Positions 9,238 to 19,694 are shown, counted from the stretch's first letter. The stretch is DNA of 32,000 nt from Geotalea uraniireducens Rf4 (GCF_000016745.1 NC_009483.1:210001-242000); one strand, 5' to 3'. Translations and numbers: made by a program. Notes: generated by a model not told the origin, from the sequence alone.

Positions 9238-11088
9238 ATGCACTTCGGCGGCATCTATGAAGACGAAATAGTCGGCAAGGCCTACGATCGACGGCTCATG
9301 GCGCGCTTCATCCGCCATGTCCTCCCCTACCGGCGGCTGGTGGTGGGCACGCTGCTCATTCTGCCGCTCTTGGCGGCGGCCAAGCTGGCCCAGCCCTGGC
9401 TTTTGAAGATCGCCATCGACAACCATATCGTCGCCGGCCGGATGGATGGATTGCCGCTCGTTGCCGCGTACTACCTGGCCCTGATCCTCGCCGAATCGCT
9501 CCTGACTTTTGTCGAGGTCTACTATCTCCAGTACCTGGGGCAGCGGGTCATGTTCGACCTGCGCATTGAGCTGTTCAGCCATATCCAGCGGCTTTCCACG
9601 CGCTTTTTCGATCGCACCCCGGTGGGGAGCCTGGTGACGCGGCTCACCAGCGATGTGGAGGTGCTGGGGGAGATGTTCGCCGCCGGGGTCATCACCGTTG
9701 TCGGCGATATCCTCGTGCTGGCGGGGATCGTCGGCATCATGCTCTGGATGAACCTGCGCCTGTCGCTGGTTACCTTTTCCGTGTTGCCGTTCCTCCTCTG
9801 GATCGCCTTCACCTTCCGTAACCGGATGCGCACCGCCTTCCGCCAGGTGCGGGCAAGGCTGGCCAACCTCAACACCTTCCTGGCGGAAAACATCGGTGGC
9901 ATGGCGGTGGTGCAGCTCTTCAACCGGCAGCGCGCGGAGCAGGAGGAATTCCGCCGTCTCAACGCCGCTTACCGGGATGCCAACCTGCCGGTCATCACTT
10001 GGGATGCGGCCCTCTACGCTTTGGTCGAGGCACTTTCTGCCGTGGCAGTCGGCCTCATCATCTGGTACGGAGGGGGAGAGATCGTTCATGGCAGCCTCAC
10101 CTTCGGCGCGCTGGTCGCCTTTATCCAGTACATCGAGAAATTCTTCTCGCCGATCCGCGATCTGTCGGCCAAGTATTCGGTCATGCAGGGGGCGATGGCG
10201 GCCCTGGAGAGGATATACCGGCTGCTAGACACGGAATCTTCCCCCTCACCCCAACCCTCTCCTTTAGGCCCGCTGTTTGGGTCCACCGGGGGAGAGGGGG
10301 CCATTGAAGCCCCTCTCCCCTTGGAAAAGGGTGGCGCGGAGCACCGGGTAATGGAACCATCCCCACCCTTCATCGAATTCAAGGACGTCTGGTTCGCCTA
10401 CCAGGGTGAAGAGTATGTCCTCAAGGGATTCAATCTCCGGCTCAAGCGGGGGGAGAAGGTGGCGCTCGTCGGGGAGACCGGCGGCGGCAAGACGACAGTG
10501 ACACGGCTTCTGTCGAGGCTTTACGATGTGAATCTCGGCTCCATCACCATCGACGGGGTCGACATCCGCGACCTCCCCCTTGACCAGTTGCGCAGGAAAA
10601 TCGGCATCGTGCTTCAGGACCCCTACCTATTCACCGGCACGATCGCCTATAACATCGCTCTCGGCGATGCACGGGCAGGGGAGCGGATGGCGCAGGCTGT
10701 CCGGGTGGTCGGCGCCGACCGCTTCATCAGCCGCCTTGCCAACGGTTTCAGCGAAGAAGTGCGGGAGCGGGGGGTGAACTTCTCTGCCGGGGAGCGTCAG
10801 CTCATCTCCTTTGCCCGGGCGGTGGCCTTCGACCCGGAGATCCTCGTTCTCGACGAGGCGACCGCCAGCGTCGACAGCGAAGCTGAAAGGCTGATCGAGG
10901 AGGGGCTCAAAGGTCTTCTCTCCGGCCGGACCTCATTGGTGGTGGCCCACCGCCTCTCCACCATTCAGGACGCCGACCGGATAGTCGTCATCCACCGGGG
11001 CGAAAAGATGGAGGAAGGGAGCCACCGGGAGCTGCTGGCGGCAAAGGGGCTCTATTACCGGCTATATCAGTTGCAGTTCAAGGATTGA
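9238..11088 (+). CDS. ABC exporter, fused permease/ATP-binding protein (second of the pair)
   Basis: 616-aa ORF whose ATG directly follows the stop of the previous gene. Walker A GETGGGKTT, signature FSAGERQL, Walker B ILVLDEATASVD and H-loop VVAHRLST. Probably forms a heterodimer with the upstream gene. Carries an unusual linker insertion (see findings). Confidence 0.93.
   Translation: MHFGGIYEDEIVGKAYDRRLMARFIRHVLPYRRLVVGTLLILPLLAAAKLAQPWLLKIAIDNHIVAGRMDGLPLVAAYYLALILAESLLTFVEVYYLQYLGQRVMFDLRIELFSHIQRLSTRFFDRTPVGSLVTRLTSDVEVLGEMFAAGVITVVGDILVLAGIVGIMLWMNLRLSLVTFSVLPFLLWIAFTFRNRMRTAFRQVRARLANLNTFLAENIGGMAVVQLFNRQRAEQEEFRRLNAAYRDANLPVITWDAALYALVEALSAVAVGLIIWYGGGEIVHGSLTFGALVAFIQYIEKFFSPIRDLSAKYSVMQGAMAALERIYRLLDTESSPSPQPSPLGPLFGSTGGEGAIEAPLPLEKGGAEHRVMEPSPPFIEFKDVWFAYQGEEYVLKGFNLRLKRGEKVALVGETGGGKTTVTRLLSRLYDVNLGSITIDGVDIRDLPLDQLRRKIGIVLQDPYLFTGTIAYNIALGDARAGERMAQAVRVVGADRFISRLANGFSEEVRERGVNFSAGERQLISFARAVAFDPEILVLDEATASVDSEAERLIEEGLKGLLSGRTSLVVAHRLSTIQDADRIVVIHRGEKMEEGSHRELLAAKGLYYRLYQLQFKD
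10241..10320. repeat. GC-rich palindromic (REP-like) element embedded in-frame in the ABC exporter gene
   Basis: Perfect 11-bp inverted repeat ggggagagggg (10289-10299) / cccctctcccc (10310-10320) with a 10-nt loop. An upstream ccctctcc copy (10255-10262) is complementary to ggagaggg (10291-10298). Confidence 0.5.
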
Positions 11089-11098
11089 CGGTACTTTC

Positions 11099-11216
11099 AA
11101 AGGGAAGGCCATCATCTATGGTGAGCGGCAGGTACGGAAAAACAACGCTCATGCATGAAATTGTACGGGAGAGCAATGAGACCGAGATTTGGCAAGAGTT
11201 GAGACGACACCTTTGA
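11099..11216 (+). pseudogene. Relic of a P-loop (AAA-type) ATPase gene, truncated and frameshifted
   Basis: Hand translation of two frames. Frame A (11099-11134) reads KGKAIIYGERQV. After skipping one nucleotide (c at 11135), frame B (11136-11216) reads GKTTLMHEIVRESNETEIWQELRRHL*. Joined, they give a canonical Walker A, GERQVGKTT. There is no N-terminal part (the ABC gene stop is at 11086-11088) and no C-terminal body. Confidence 0.3.
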
Positions 11217-11328
11217 ATTCTTGCATGCCAGATACAAATTGCTTTAACCATTGGAACCCCCTATAATCCGTGGTCATCTTGAATTCAATCACTCTGGGGC
11301 TGAAAAGTCTTTTCGTGATGGAGGCGTT

Positions 11329-11607
11329 ATGACAAGCAAATCCTTGCCGGTTCGCGGCAACTTATCCTTCGAAGAGCTGAAAAAGCTCAATGAGCATGGC
11401 GCGCAATACTGGAGCGCCCGCAAGTTACAGCCACTATTGGGATACACCCAGTGGCGGCGCTTCGAGGATGCGATCAAACGGGCAATGATCTCCTGCGGGC
11501 AGTCAGGGAATAATCCCGATTATCATTTTGCCGGCGCCGGCAAAATGATCGAACTCGGAAGTGGGAAGGAAGTACGCGAGACAATCAAGCGTTCTGTAAC
11601 CACGTAA
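11329..11607 (+). CDS. dinD: DNA-damage-inducible protein D (DinD)-like, N-terminal fragment only (likely truncated remnant)
   Basis: The region LSFEELKKLNEHGAQYWSARKLQPLLGYTQWRRFEDAIKRAMISCGQSGNNPDYHF matches, from memory, the conserved N-terminal block of DinD proteins (~270 aa full length). This ORF stops after 92 aa counted from the ATG at 11329, which has GGAGG upstream. The ORF track shows a longer TTG-initiated version from 11251. Confidence 0.6.
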   Translation: MTSKSLPVRGNLSFEELKKLNEHGAQYWSARKLQPLLGYTQWRRFEDAIKRAMISCGQSGNNPDYHFAGAGKMIELGSGKEVRETIKRSVTT

Positions 11608-11869
11608 TGCGCTGTTAGCATCTTACGTTCCTAATGCTAGCCAGTGAAAATGTAAAATTGGGCGAAGTAAGGTAAAAGCGATTGGCAATAACGACTTATT
11701 GTGTCGTAACCCCATCATAACATGGCAATAAGCAACCATCTTTGCTGGTAGGGACAAATTACATTTTGTTGGATAAATAAATGGTTTTCTGATAAAAACC
11801 AACCCGGAGAACGTTTTCGGCCATGTGTAATTTCGGCAGCTTTTCATTGACAGAGAGATTATCGACTAC

Positions 11870-14800
11870 ATGACTACCCCCGCACAGAAAGCAATCTGGG
11901 TAGAGACCCTCTGGCTCGGGAACCGAAGCCATCCTGATCTTTTTCTTTCTGTGGATGAGGTCATTGGTGTACCGCATGCCTCGGCCATGAGGATCGGGTT
12001 CAACAAATTGAACCTATCCGGTTTTTTCTGCATAGACACCATTCCCACCATTGCATTTCTTTCTCAAGAACGAATCAATCGACTCGAAATAACCAGGGTA
12101 CACAATGCCCTCTGGAACCAGGGACTGGTCAGCCTCCTTTTGGTCACGCTCCCCGACGAGGTCCGTGCTTACTCTCTGGCCAGGAAACCAACCGCAGCGG
12201 ACGAAGACCTCGACGACGACAAAAAAGACAACCGTCTTATTGATTGCCTTGATCTATTGAAAGATGCGCTTGAAATCTCGCATCTGATTACCGGGGTTGA
12301 ATCCGGCCGATATTTTCAAAAGAATAAAGAGTACTTTGCACAAAATGAAAAGATCGATGCATTACTTCTGTCAAATTTAAGGGCCACGGAAAACGAGCTG
12401 ACCTCTGCGCCACTCAATCTGTCAACCGAATCCGCTCAGGCACTGCTGCTGCAGATTACCTTTATTGCCTATCTCGAAGACCGGGGGATTATCGATCCTG
12501 ACTATTTCCGGGAGGCATTGAAAGGCAAGGGGATATCTACTTTAGAACAGTTGCTGGACGAAAATGATCCTGAAAACCTGAATTCGCTTTTCGAAAAGCT
12601 CCATGGAAATTTTAACGGCGACATATTCTTTGCGCCATGTGCATTTGACGGCGAAGCAAAGGCACCAGTACTCAATGCGGGCCATCTGCGAAGTCTTGCG
12701 GAATTCAGAAAAGGGGGTGTCGATAAGACTACCGGCCAAGGTCGTTTCTGGCCGTATAACTTCAAATATATCCCCGTTGAGTTGATAAGCGCCATTTACA
12801 ACCGCTTCCTTGGCGACAGGCCGGTGGAGCGCAAAGTGAGCGGAGCCTTTTATACTCCTCACTTCCTCGCCGATTTAACGGTCAACCAATTGTGGGAAGA
12901 ATTGACGCCGGCAATCCGATCAAGTCAAGACTTCACGGTGCTGGATCCGGCCTGCGGCTCTGCGATATTCCTTGTCAGAATTTTTCAACGAATGGTGGAG
13001 GATTGGCGTTTTCTTCATCCCGGCGGGACTCCCGACTGGGATACTCTGGTTGCCATCGTCGAAAGACTCAACGGTTGGGACAAAGAAACCAGCGCTGTAC
13101 GCATCGGCATTTTCTCCCTCTATATTGCTTTGCTTGAAGAAGTCGAACCAGCTGCAATTCTCAAACTGTTGGCGGAACGGAAATTGTTGCCCCCACTTTT
13201 CAGGAAGACGATGTGCGACAGGGATTTCTTTGGCAAAGATACGCCAAATACCAAATTCGATTTGGTATTTGGCAATCCTCCATGGGTAAGCCGTAAGGAA
13301 GATCAGGTCGTTTCTGCCACTGAATGGTGCAAAGCACACGAACTACCGATGCCGGCGAAAGAACTGGCCTGGGCCTTTGTCTGGAAAAGCATCCAACATA
13401 CTAAATCAGAGGGGATGATCGGCTTACTGCTGCCGGCCATGGGCGTTTTACTCAACCATAGCGAACCTTCCATTCAAGCCAGGGGGCTGTGGCTGAAACA
13501 GGTACTTCTGAGTAAAGTCATCAATTTTTCTGATATCTGCTTCCTTCTGTTCGACGGCGCCAAGCGACCGACGGCTTTGTGTATCTTTCGACCGTCCGAC
13601 AAAAAGCTTAGCGATTATCGGTTCGACTACTGGTGCCCTAAAGCCGACCCGTTGCTGCAACAAACCCGCATGCTTACGTTGAACAGAGGCGATAAGCTAT
13701 CGTTTAAACTATCCACGGTGCTCCATGATCCGGGCTCTTGGGGGCGGCATCTCTGGATGACAAATCGTGACATGAAACTGCTCGGCTGGATTGGCGGGTT
13801 GTCTCGTCTGGAGAGAAAATTAGCCACCTATAAAGAATCACAGCAGAAAGAGTTCGATAAGAAAACAAAAGTTTGGATAATTGGACAAGGATTCCAGCCT
13901 TATAATAGTGAAAGAAGCAACAAGAATACTAAACCGAAAAAATCTAACCGGGTCGAAAAAGTTCCATTTTTGGATGCAAATAAGTTTAACGAATATATTA
14001 TCCCTACGATTTTAATTGACAAGCCTTGGCATACTTCCTTAGTTCGTAGACTTGGGAATCAAGATGGTTTTATTGGACCGCATGTCCTTATACCAAAAGG
14101 CGTACGAAGGAAAACTGGATTATTGAGAGCGGCATACGTAGAGCATGATTTATGTTTTACAGATGCAATACAGGCGATCAATTTTCCTGAGACAGATATT
14201 CAAAGACTTAAACTGCTAACGGTTATACTGAATAGTCATTTTGCAGCATGGTTCTATTTTCATGAAACCGCTAGCCTTGGAGCTGACCGTGCCTTGGTTC
14301 ATGAAGAACAGCTATTGGCGCTACCCTTTCCAGAAATAGACGAGTTGCCTGATCCAAAAGCGGCCAGAAATGCTGCGGATAAGATTGTCATGATTTTTGA
14401 TGATCTGCTTTTGCATAAAGACACATATTCACAAGGCCAATTCCCCGACAACGAAACAATTGAAGAGGTTAACCGGCTCGTCTATCAATACTATGGCCTC
14501 ACTGAATCGGAATTCATACTCATAGAAGACACCCTCAACTATATTCTGCCAAGCATTCAGCCTCGAAACAAAAGCTTCCCGCATCTTTGGAACAAAGCCG
14601 GCAAGAAGCAATGGCAAGAATACATGATCACTCTCTTGTCCGCTCTTGAAGAATGGCTGGACAACGGGAGCCACCTGTCCGCTACATTGATTACCGACAA
14701 CCCAGACGTGCTGCTGCTCGGCCTGAAAATCGAGCAAAGCCGCCCCAAGCAGTCCATTACCTTCTGTGAACAGGGGGGCGATTTCAACAAAACGCTTTCA

Positions 14801-15001
14801 AAAATCAATGAAGAGCTTAAACAGCAGGTGTCGAGAAACATTCAGCTCATGCCCGATCTCCGCATTTTCATCGCCGACACCCTCTACCTGTTAAAGCCGC
14901 GCACCATGCGCTATTGGCTTAAGAGCACGGCTCTGAACGATGCTGATGCAATTATTGCCGATCTTCAAATCCAGAAATTCCATCATGGGTACAAAGGATA
15001 G
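11870..15001 (+). CDS. Large gamma-class N6-adenine DNA methyltransferase of the MmeI/PglX (Type IIL/IIG-like) architecture
   Basis: 1043-aa ORF. It has the helical spacer motif LLLQITFIAYLEDRGII and NFNGDIFF (MmeI/PglX-like). Motif X is GAFYTPHFLADL (~12841), motif I is VLDPACGSAIFLV (12938-12976) and motif IV is FGNPPW (13268-13285). The C-terminal target-recognition-like region contains LLTVILNSHFAAWFYF. No Shine-Dalgarno sequence precedes the ATG, and an in-frame stop lies at 11828-11830. Confidence 0.9.
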   Translation: MTTPAQKAIWVETLWLGNRSHPDLFLSVDEVIGVPHASAMRIGFNKLNLSGFFCIDTIPTIAFLSQERINRLEITRVHNALWNQGLVSLLLVTLPDEVRAYSLARKPTAADEDLDDDKKDNRLIDCLDLLKDALEISHLITGVESGRYFQKNKEYFAQNEKIDALLLSNLRATENELTSAPLNLSTESAQALLLQITFIAYLEDRGIIDPDYFREALKGKGISTLEQLLDENDPENLNSLFEKLHGNFNGDIFFAPCAFDGEAKAPVLNAGHLRSLAEFRKGGVDKTTGQGRFWPYNFKYIPVELISAIYNRFLGDRPVERKVSGAFYTPHFLADLTVNQLWEELTPAIRSSQDFTVLDPACGSAIFLVRIFQRMVEDWRFLHPGGTPDWDTLVAIVERLNGWDKETSAVRIGIFSLYIALLEEVEPAAILKLLAERKLLPPLFRKTMCDRDFFGKDTPNTKFDLVFGNPPWVSRKEDQVVSATEWCKAHELPMPAKELAWAFVWKSIQHTKSEGMIGLLLPAMGVLLNHSEPSIQARGLWLKQVLLSKVINFSDICFLLFDGAKRPTALCIFRPSDKKLSDYRFDYWCPKADPLLQQTRMLTLNRGDKLSFKLSTVLHDPGSWGRHLWMTNRDMKLLGWIGGLSRLERKLATYKESQQKEFDKKTKVWIIGQGFQPYNSERSNKNTKPKKSNRVEKVPFLDANKFNEYIIPTILIDKPWHTSLVRRLGNQDGFIGPHVLIPKGVRRKTGLLRAAYVEHDLCFTDAIQAINFPETDIQRLKLLTVILNSHFAAWFYFHETASLGADRALVHEEQLLALPFPEIDELPDPKAARNAADKIVMIFDDLLLHKDTYSQGQFPDNETIEEVNRLVYQYYGLTESEFILIEDTLNYILPSIQPRNKSFPHLWNKAGKKQWQEYMITLLSALEEWLDNGSHLSATLITDNPDVLLLGLKIEQSRPKQSITFCEQGGDFNKTLSKINEELKQQVSRNIQLMPDLRIFIADTLYLLKPRTMRYWLKSTALNDADAIIADLQIQKFHHGYKG

Positions 15002-15007
15002 GTACTG

Positions 15008-15661
15008 GTGACTTGCGGCGACCCTTCAATCTGGCTGAAACATGTTATCGGGGTTCATGATAAGGTGCTGCAATCGATCATCGATGTCTGGCCTGATTGT
15101 GCCAAGCGCTTTGACTCTATGGCGCTGGAAAACCACATTACTGATCAACTGGTTTTATCTCTCCAACGTGATCCACAATCTCGGAAGAACTGGCTGGTTG
15201 TTCCTCAGCTCAAACTATTGGATGAAGATCTAGCGGGAGATGTAGTAACAAAAGGTTTTATAGATTTTGTCATATATTTTGACCTTATACAGGAAAACTA
15301 TATCGCCTACGAATGCAAACGATTGAATGTCAACTTTGACAGTGGCTTTGAATCACTAGCGGATAAGTATGTCGATAAGGGCCTAATGCGTTATGTTTCG
15401 GCACAGTACGCCCAAGGAATGCCGTTCGGAGTCATGGTCGGCTATGTGCTCGACAACGATGTTCAGGCAGCTCTTGAGGCGGTGAAAAGTCAAATCCAAA
15501 AAAAGAAAGGCAAATTGTTTTGTTTTGATAATCTGCCAACATCCGACTTGCCTACTCTCTCCTTTACTTTTCGATTTTCAAGTACTCACATCAGAAAATA
15601 TGCAGTTATTGAAGTTCAGCATTTACTGCTGCCATTAACGCCTGGCGACCTCATCGAGTAG
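15008..15661 (+). CDS. Hypothetical protein with a PD-(D/E)xK nuclease-like signature, translationally coupled to the methyltransferase
   Basis: 217-aa ORF starting at GTG 15008, 6 nt after the MTase TAG (14999-15001), with AAGGA 9 nt upstream. Candidate catalytic pattern: E41 (ALENHITDQL), D86 (GFIDFVIYF) and E102-C-K104 (YIAYECKRLN). Order and spacing fit the restriction-endonuclease fold. The fold assignment is by eye only. Confidence 0.7.
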   Translation: MTCGDPSIWLKHVIGVHDKVLQSIIDVWPDCAKRFDSMALENHITDQLVLSLQRDPQSRKNWLVVPQLKLLDEDLAGDVVTKGFIDFVIYFDLIQENYIAYECKRLNVNFDSGFESLADKYVDKGLMRYVSAQYAQGMPFGVMVGYVLDNDVQAALEAVKSQIQKKKGKLFCFDNLPTSDLPTLSFTFRFSSTHIRKYAVIEVQHLLLPLTPGDLIE

Positions 15662-15745
15662 CGCTTCGATATGTCGGCAGACACATTATTTCTGCGGCAG
15701 TTTCCCTTGCTATTTTACTAATCGCGCACATCATGGAGCGACGTA

Positions 15746-17656
<1,911 letters not shown>

Positions 17657-17808
17657 GCTGCGCTAAGCCAGGCAGTGACATTCCGTGCAGGTTGAGGAAA
17701 AATAGAACCATGTTATTCTGTTACGGCTTTTCACTTGCTATGCAAAGAGGTTATCTAGTATATAATGCTTAACGGCAGTTATCATTAACCAAGCACCAGG
17801 AATACTCC

Positions 17809-19515
17809 ATGGCAAAAAACCTGAAACTCGGTTCCCGTTTCATCCGGTTTTGTCTCATCAGCGGATTCATCATCGCCGTAACCGGTGTTTATTTTGCGCG
17901 CACCATTTACGCAGATCCGACGACCAGTTCCATCATGCAAAGCAACGCCAACCTTGCTGCTATCGCCTTTGCCCTGAATGCCCTGATAGCGCTGGTAGTC
18001 TTCTGGATGCTGACCGCCAGGAAAATGGTGCAGCGTGTGCAGATCCTGGCTGCTGCCATGAACCGGGGGGCCGAGGGGGACCTTACGGCAAAGGTGGAGG
18101 TTGATTCCGTTGACGAACTCGGCATGCTCGGCGGCACCTTCAACGGCATGCTGGAAAAGCTGGCGGGCATGGCCGAAAGGGTCAATGTTTCGATCCGTGA
18201 GCTGCGGCGCATCTCCGGTGATATCAAGGAGGTATCCCAGCGTGGGGTTTCTGTTGCGGAGATCCAGTCCGAAGGGGTAAAGGGGACGTCGGGTGCCGTA
18301 CAGGAGATAAACGCCTCGGTGAACGGAGTTGCCAGGGCAGTGGAAAGCCTGTCCCGCTCTTCAGCCGAAAACTCTTCATCCATTCTGGAGATGTCCGCCA
18401 GCATCGAAGAGGTGATAAAGCACGTTGAAGCACTGGCCAATGCGGTTGAGGAGGTCAGTACCTCCATCAGCGAAATGGCGGCGGCGGAAAAACAGATCGG
18501 CGCCAGCGTAAACAATCTCATGGCCGATTCCACCACTACGGCCAAGCTGGTTGCGGAGATGGACGGTTCCATCAAGCAGGTGGAGCGGAATGCCTTGAAT
18601 ACGGCCACTATCTCGGAAGAGGTGCGCAACGATGCGGAATCGGGACGGGTGTCCGTTGAGGCGACCATATCCGGTATCGGTGAAATCCGCCGCTCTTCCC
18701 GCATTACTTTTGAAGCGATACAAAACCTCTCCCTGCGTGCCGGCAACATCGGGAAAATCATTCTCGTCATAGATGAACTGGCCGAACAGACCAACCTTCT
18801 CGCCCTGAATGCGTCTATAATCGCCGCCCAGGCTGGTGAGCACGGTAAGGGCTTTGCTGTGGTGGCTGAGGAAATTAAGGAACTGGCAAGACGGACCGGC
18901 AATTCAACCAGGGAGATAACGGATATCATCAAGGGTGTGCAGGAAGAGACCCAGCGGGCCGTCAAAGCGATCAATCTGTCGGAACAGCGGATTGTCGAAG
19001 GCGAACAATTATCGCAACGATCCGGAGAGGCGTTGAACAAGATAGTTGCCGGTGTCCAGATGGCTACCGACCAGGTAAGTCAGATCGCCCGGACTACCGT
19101 CGAGCAGGCCCAGGGGAGCCAGGAGATAAGCAGGGCCATGGAACGCGTTGCGGATATGGTCAAGCAGATAGCCAAGGCCACCCGGGAGCAGGGACACGGG
19201 AGTGAACTCATCATGTCGGCAGTGGAAAGGATGAAGGGTCTGACCAGCCAGGTGAGGTCCTCCACCTTGGAGCAGAGCAGCTCAAGTAATTTGATCGTCC
19301 GTTCCACCGAGGACATTACCACCATGATAATGAATATCAGGCAGGCCTGCACGGTACAGACAGAGAGCAGCCGACAGATTGTCGCGGCCATTGAACACAT
19401 TCAGCAGTCAACCAAAACCAACGTAGAGTCCACCCGGGTGATGGACGGCGCCATGGCCGGTCTTTCCCGCCAAATCGAAGTTCTCAGCAACGAGATGTCC
19501 GACTTCAAGGTTTGA
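17809..19515 (+). CDS. Methyl-accepting chemotaxis protein (two TM segments, HAMP, MA signalling domain)
   Basis: 568-aa ORF. HAMP-like region is [38 protein letters not shown]. The highly conserved hairpin tip is [35 protein letters not shown]. Confidence 0.93.
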   Translation: MAKNLKLGSRFIRFCLISGFIIAVTGVYFARTIYADPTTSSIMQSNANLAAIAFALNALIALVVFWMLTARKMVQRVQILAAAMNRGAEGDLTAKVEVDSVDELGMLGGTFNGMLEKLAGMAERVNVSIRELRRISGDIKEVSQRGVSVAEIQSEGVKGTSGAVQEINASVNGVARAVESLSRSSAENSSSILEMSASIEEVIKHVEALANAVEEVSTSISEMAAAEKQIGASVNNLMADSTTTAKLVAEMDGSIKQVERNALNTATISEEVRNDAESGRVSVEATISGIGEIRRSSRITFEAIQNLSLRAGNIGKIILVIDELAEQTNLLALNASIIAAQAGEHGKGFAVVAEEIKELARRTGNSTREITDIIKGVQEETQRAVKAINLSEQRIVEGEQLSQRSGEALNKIVAGVQMATDQVSQIARTTVEQAQGSQEISRAMERVADMVKQIAKATREQGHGSELIMSAVERMKGLTSQVRSSTLEQSSSSNLIVRSTEDITTMIMNIRQACTVQTESSRQIVAAIEHIQQSTKTNVESTRVMDGAMAGLSRQIEVLSNEMSDFKV

Positions 19516-19569
19516 ACAGAAAACCCCTCGCCAACTCGATTAATATTAATTAGTTAACCTCAAATTAAT

Positions 19570-19597
19570 TTGACACCGCAAATAAACATGCTAAATT
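19570..19597 (+). promoter_or_regulatory. Possible sigma70-type promoter upstream of the response-regulator gene
   Basis: TTGACA (19570-19575), a 16-nt spacer, then TAAATT (19592-19597). It sits in an AT-rich intergenic stretch full of short palindromes (ttaatattaa, aattaatt). Pattern match only. Confidence 0.3.
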
Positions 19598-19694
19598 TAT
19601 AGAATTGTTACGTCGAGGATTCCCATTTGTAATCGATCGCCCATAAACCTTCCGCGACAGCGGCCAAACTTCATCCTGTAATGCGATATGAAAT

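Noticed and set aside
9211-10089. 292-aa antisense ORF inside the second ABC exporter, with similar ones at 8620-9198, 15731-16273, 17907-19040, 20732-21940, 23779-24546, 24813-25613, 26864-27934 and 30151-31125
   Set aside because: All lie opposite or out of frame to genes with clear motifs, have shadow-ORF composition, and lack RBS support.
11623-11977. Minus-strand ORFs 11623-11847 and 11759-11977 in the AT-rich spacer before the methyltransferase
   Set aside because: No RBS and no recognisable domain. Their composition is typical of random ORFs in AT-rich DNA, and the second overlaps the MTase start.
11870-15661. Calling the cassette BREX, or a classical Type I or Type III R-M system
   Set aside because: Only a PglX-like MTase is present. 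There is no PglZ, BrxA/B/C/L, HsdS/HsdR or Res helicase within the island or its flanks, so it cannot be assigned to those systems from this window.
11089-15745. Calling the AT-rich insertion a mobile element, prophage or integrative island
   Set aside because: I could recognise no integrase, transposase, recombinase, tRNA target or convincing terminal direct or inverted repeats. Only composition and gene relics support horizontal origin.
15662-15745. Expectation of selA, selC or another selenium gene, or an attachment site, next to selB
   Set aside because: Nothing recognisable lies in the 84-nt spacer. selB has its own RBS and appears simply to be the right-hand chromosomal flank of the insertion.
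17761-17766. Perfect TATAAT upstream of the chemotaxis receptor gene as a promoter
   Set aside because: No acceptable -35 element at 16-19 nt spacing (the best is CTTGCT at 21 nt), so it is not reported as a feature.
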